From assembly GCA_031408455.1 (NCBI GenBank), contig JANNWF010000302.1, positions 1 through 45,572 on the forward strand: a DNA stretch of 45,572 nucleotides, in the 5' to 3' direction. The DNA is from Pseudoxanthomonas sp. (GTDB lineage Bacteria > Pseudomonadota > Gammaproteobacteria > Xanthomonadales > Xanthomonadaceae). The translations under genes and the position numbers were made by a program. Shown here one piece after another: positions 45,276-45,572 of this stretch. Within the stretch, counting starts at the first letter, position 1, and each line of letters opens with the position of its first letter. The notes below the pieces were generated by a model. It saw nothing but the letters and a program-made list of their open reading frames with translations, was not told where the DNA came from and did not search any database.

Positions 45276-45572
45276 CTCTTGCTTCACTCGCCGTTGGTTG
45301 GCTTGTCGCACGGTTTCGTCCACCTAAGCGGTGGCCGAGTCACTTTTCTTTGCTTCGCCAAAGAAAAGTAACCAAAAGAAAGGCGACCCGGGCATTGCGC
45401 GGCTTCGCCGTGCCCTGCGCTGCTCGCCGGACTCGGGCCGGCGCGAACTCGCACATCCATGTGCTCGGACATGCGCGCCTTTCCCCCGAGCCCGGCTCCG
45501 CTGCTCGGCGCGATGACGGGATTCAAGGTCGACAGCAAAGGCAAGGGCAAAGGCAACATCAGCATCAACAGC

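Overview
High-GC gammaproteobacterial chromosome segment with a Xanthomonadaceae/Lysobacter-like character: CCGGAAT-type palindromic repeats, an sX13-like sRNA, and E. coli-like zapA-ssrS-ygfA / ygfB-pepP synteny. Most of the window is core, tightly packed genes. In order: a DUF2126 / circularly permuted ATP-grasp+alpha-E / transglutaminase cluster; a NYN-LOTUS protein; 5-formyl-THF cyclo-ligase; 6S RNA; zapA with a small coiled-coil gene; a 1542-aa propeller-PAS-GGDEF-EAL protein; ygfB-pepP-hemF; an sX13-like sRNA; an 801-aa FAD-reductase/2x cNMP-binding/4Fe-4S fusion; polA; DUF2782-GNAT-dctQ-dctM; convergent dctP; a membrane Ser/Thr kinase; a DUF433/PIN-like pair; uvrD; three dehydrogenase-type genes; a yfcG-like GST; pepQ; apbE; a translationally coupled DUF1631-PilZ pair; and a cobalamin-riboswitch-controlled btuB-like receptor. 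The one clearly accessory piece is a ~3.1-kb cassette (AT3-SGNH acyltransferase plus HigB2/HigA2) between the convergent TRAP genes. It is marked by a diverged ~80-nt duplicate of the dctM 3' end. Both toxin genes in the window appear to have single-nucleotide frameshifts near their 3' ends. Intergenic DNA carries several palindromic repeat families and two G-tract heptamer arrays placed directly after stop codons. I recognised no rRNA, tRNA, CRISPR array, integrase or transposase. I found no clear novel multi-gene system. The best candidates for uncharacterised biology are the DUF1631-PilZ pair, the cNMP-gated redox fusion, the ATP-grasp/transglutaminase cluster and the kinase with an unassigned outer domain. 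All domain calls come from reading the translations by eye and no searches were run.
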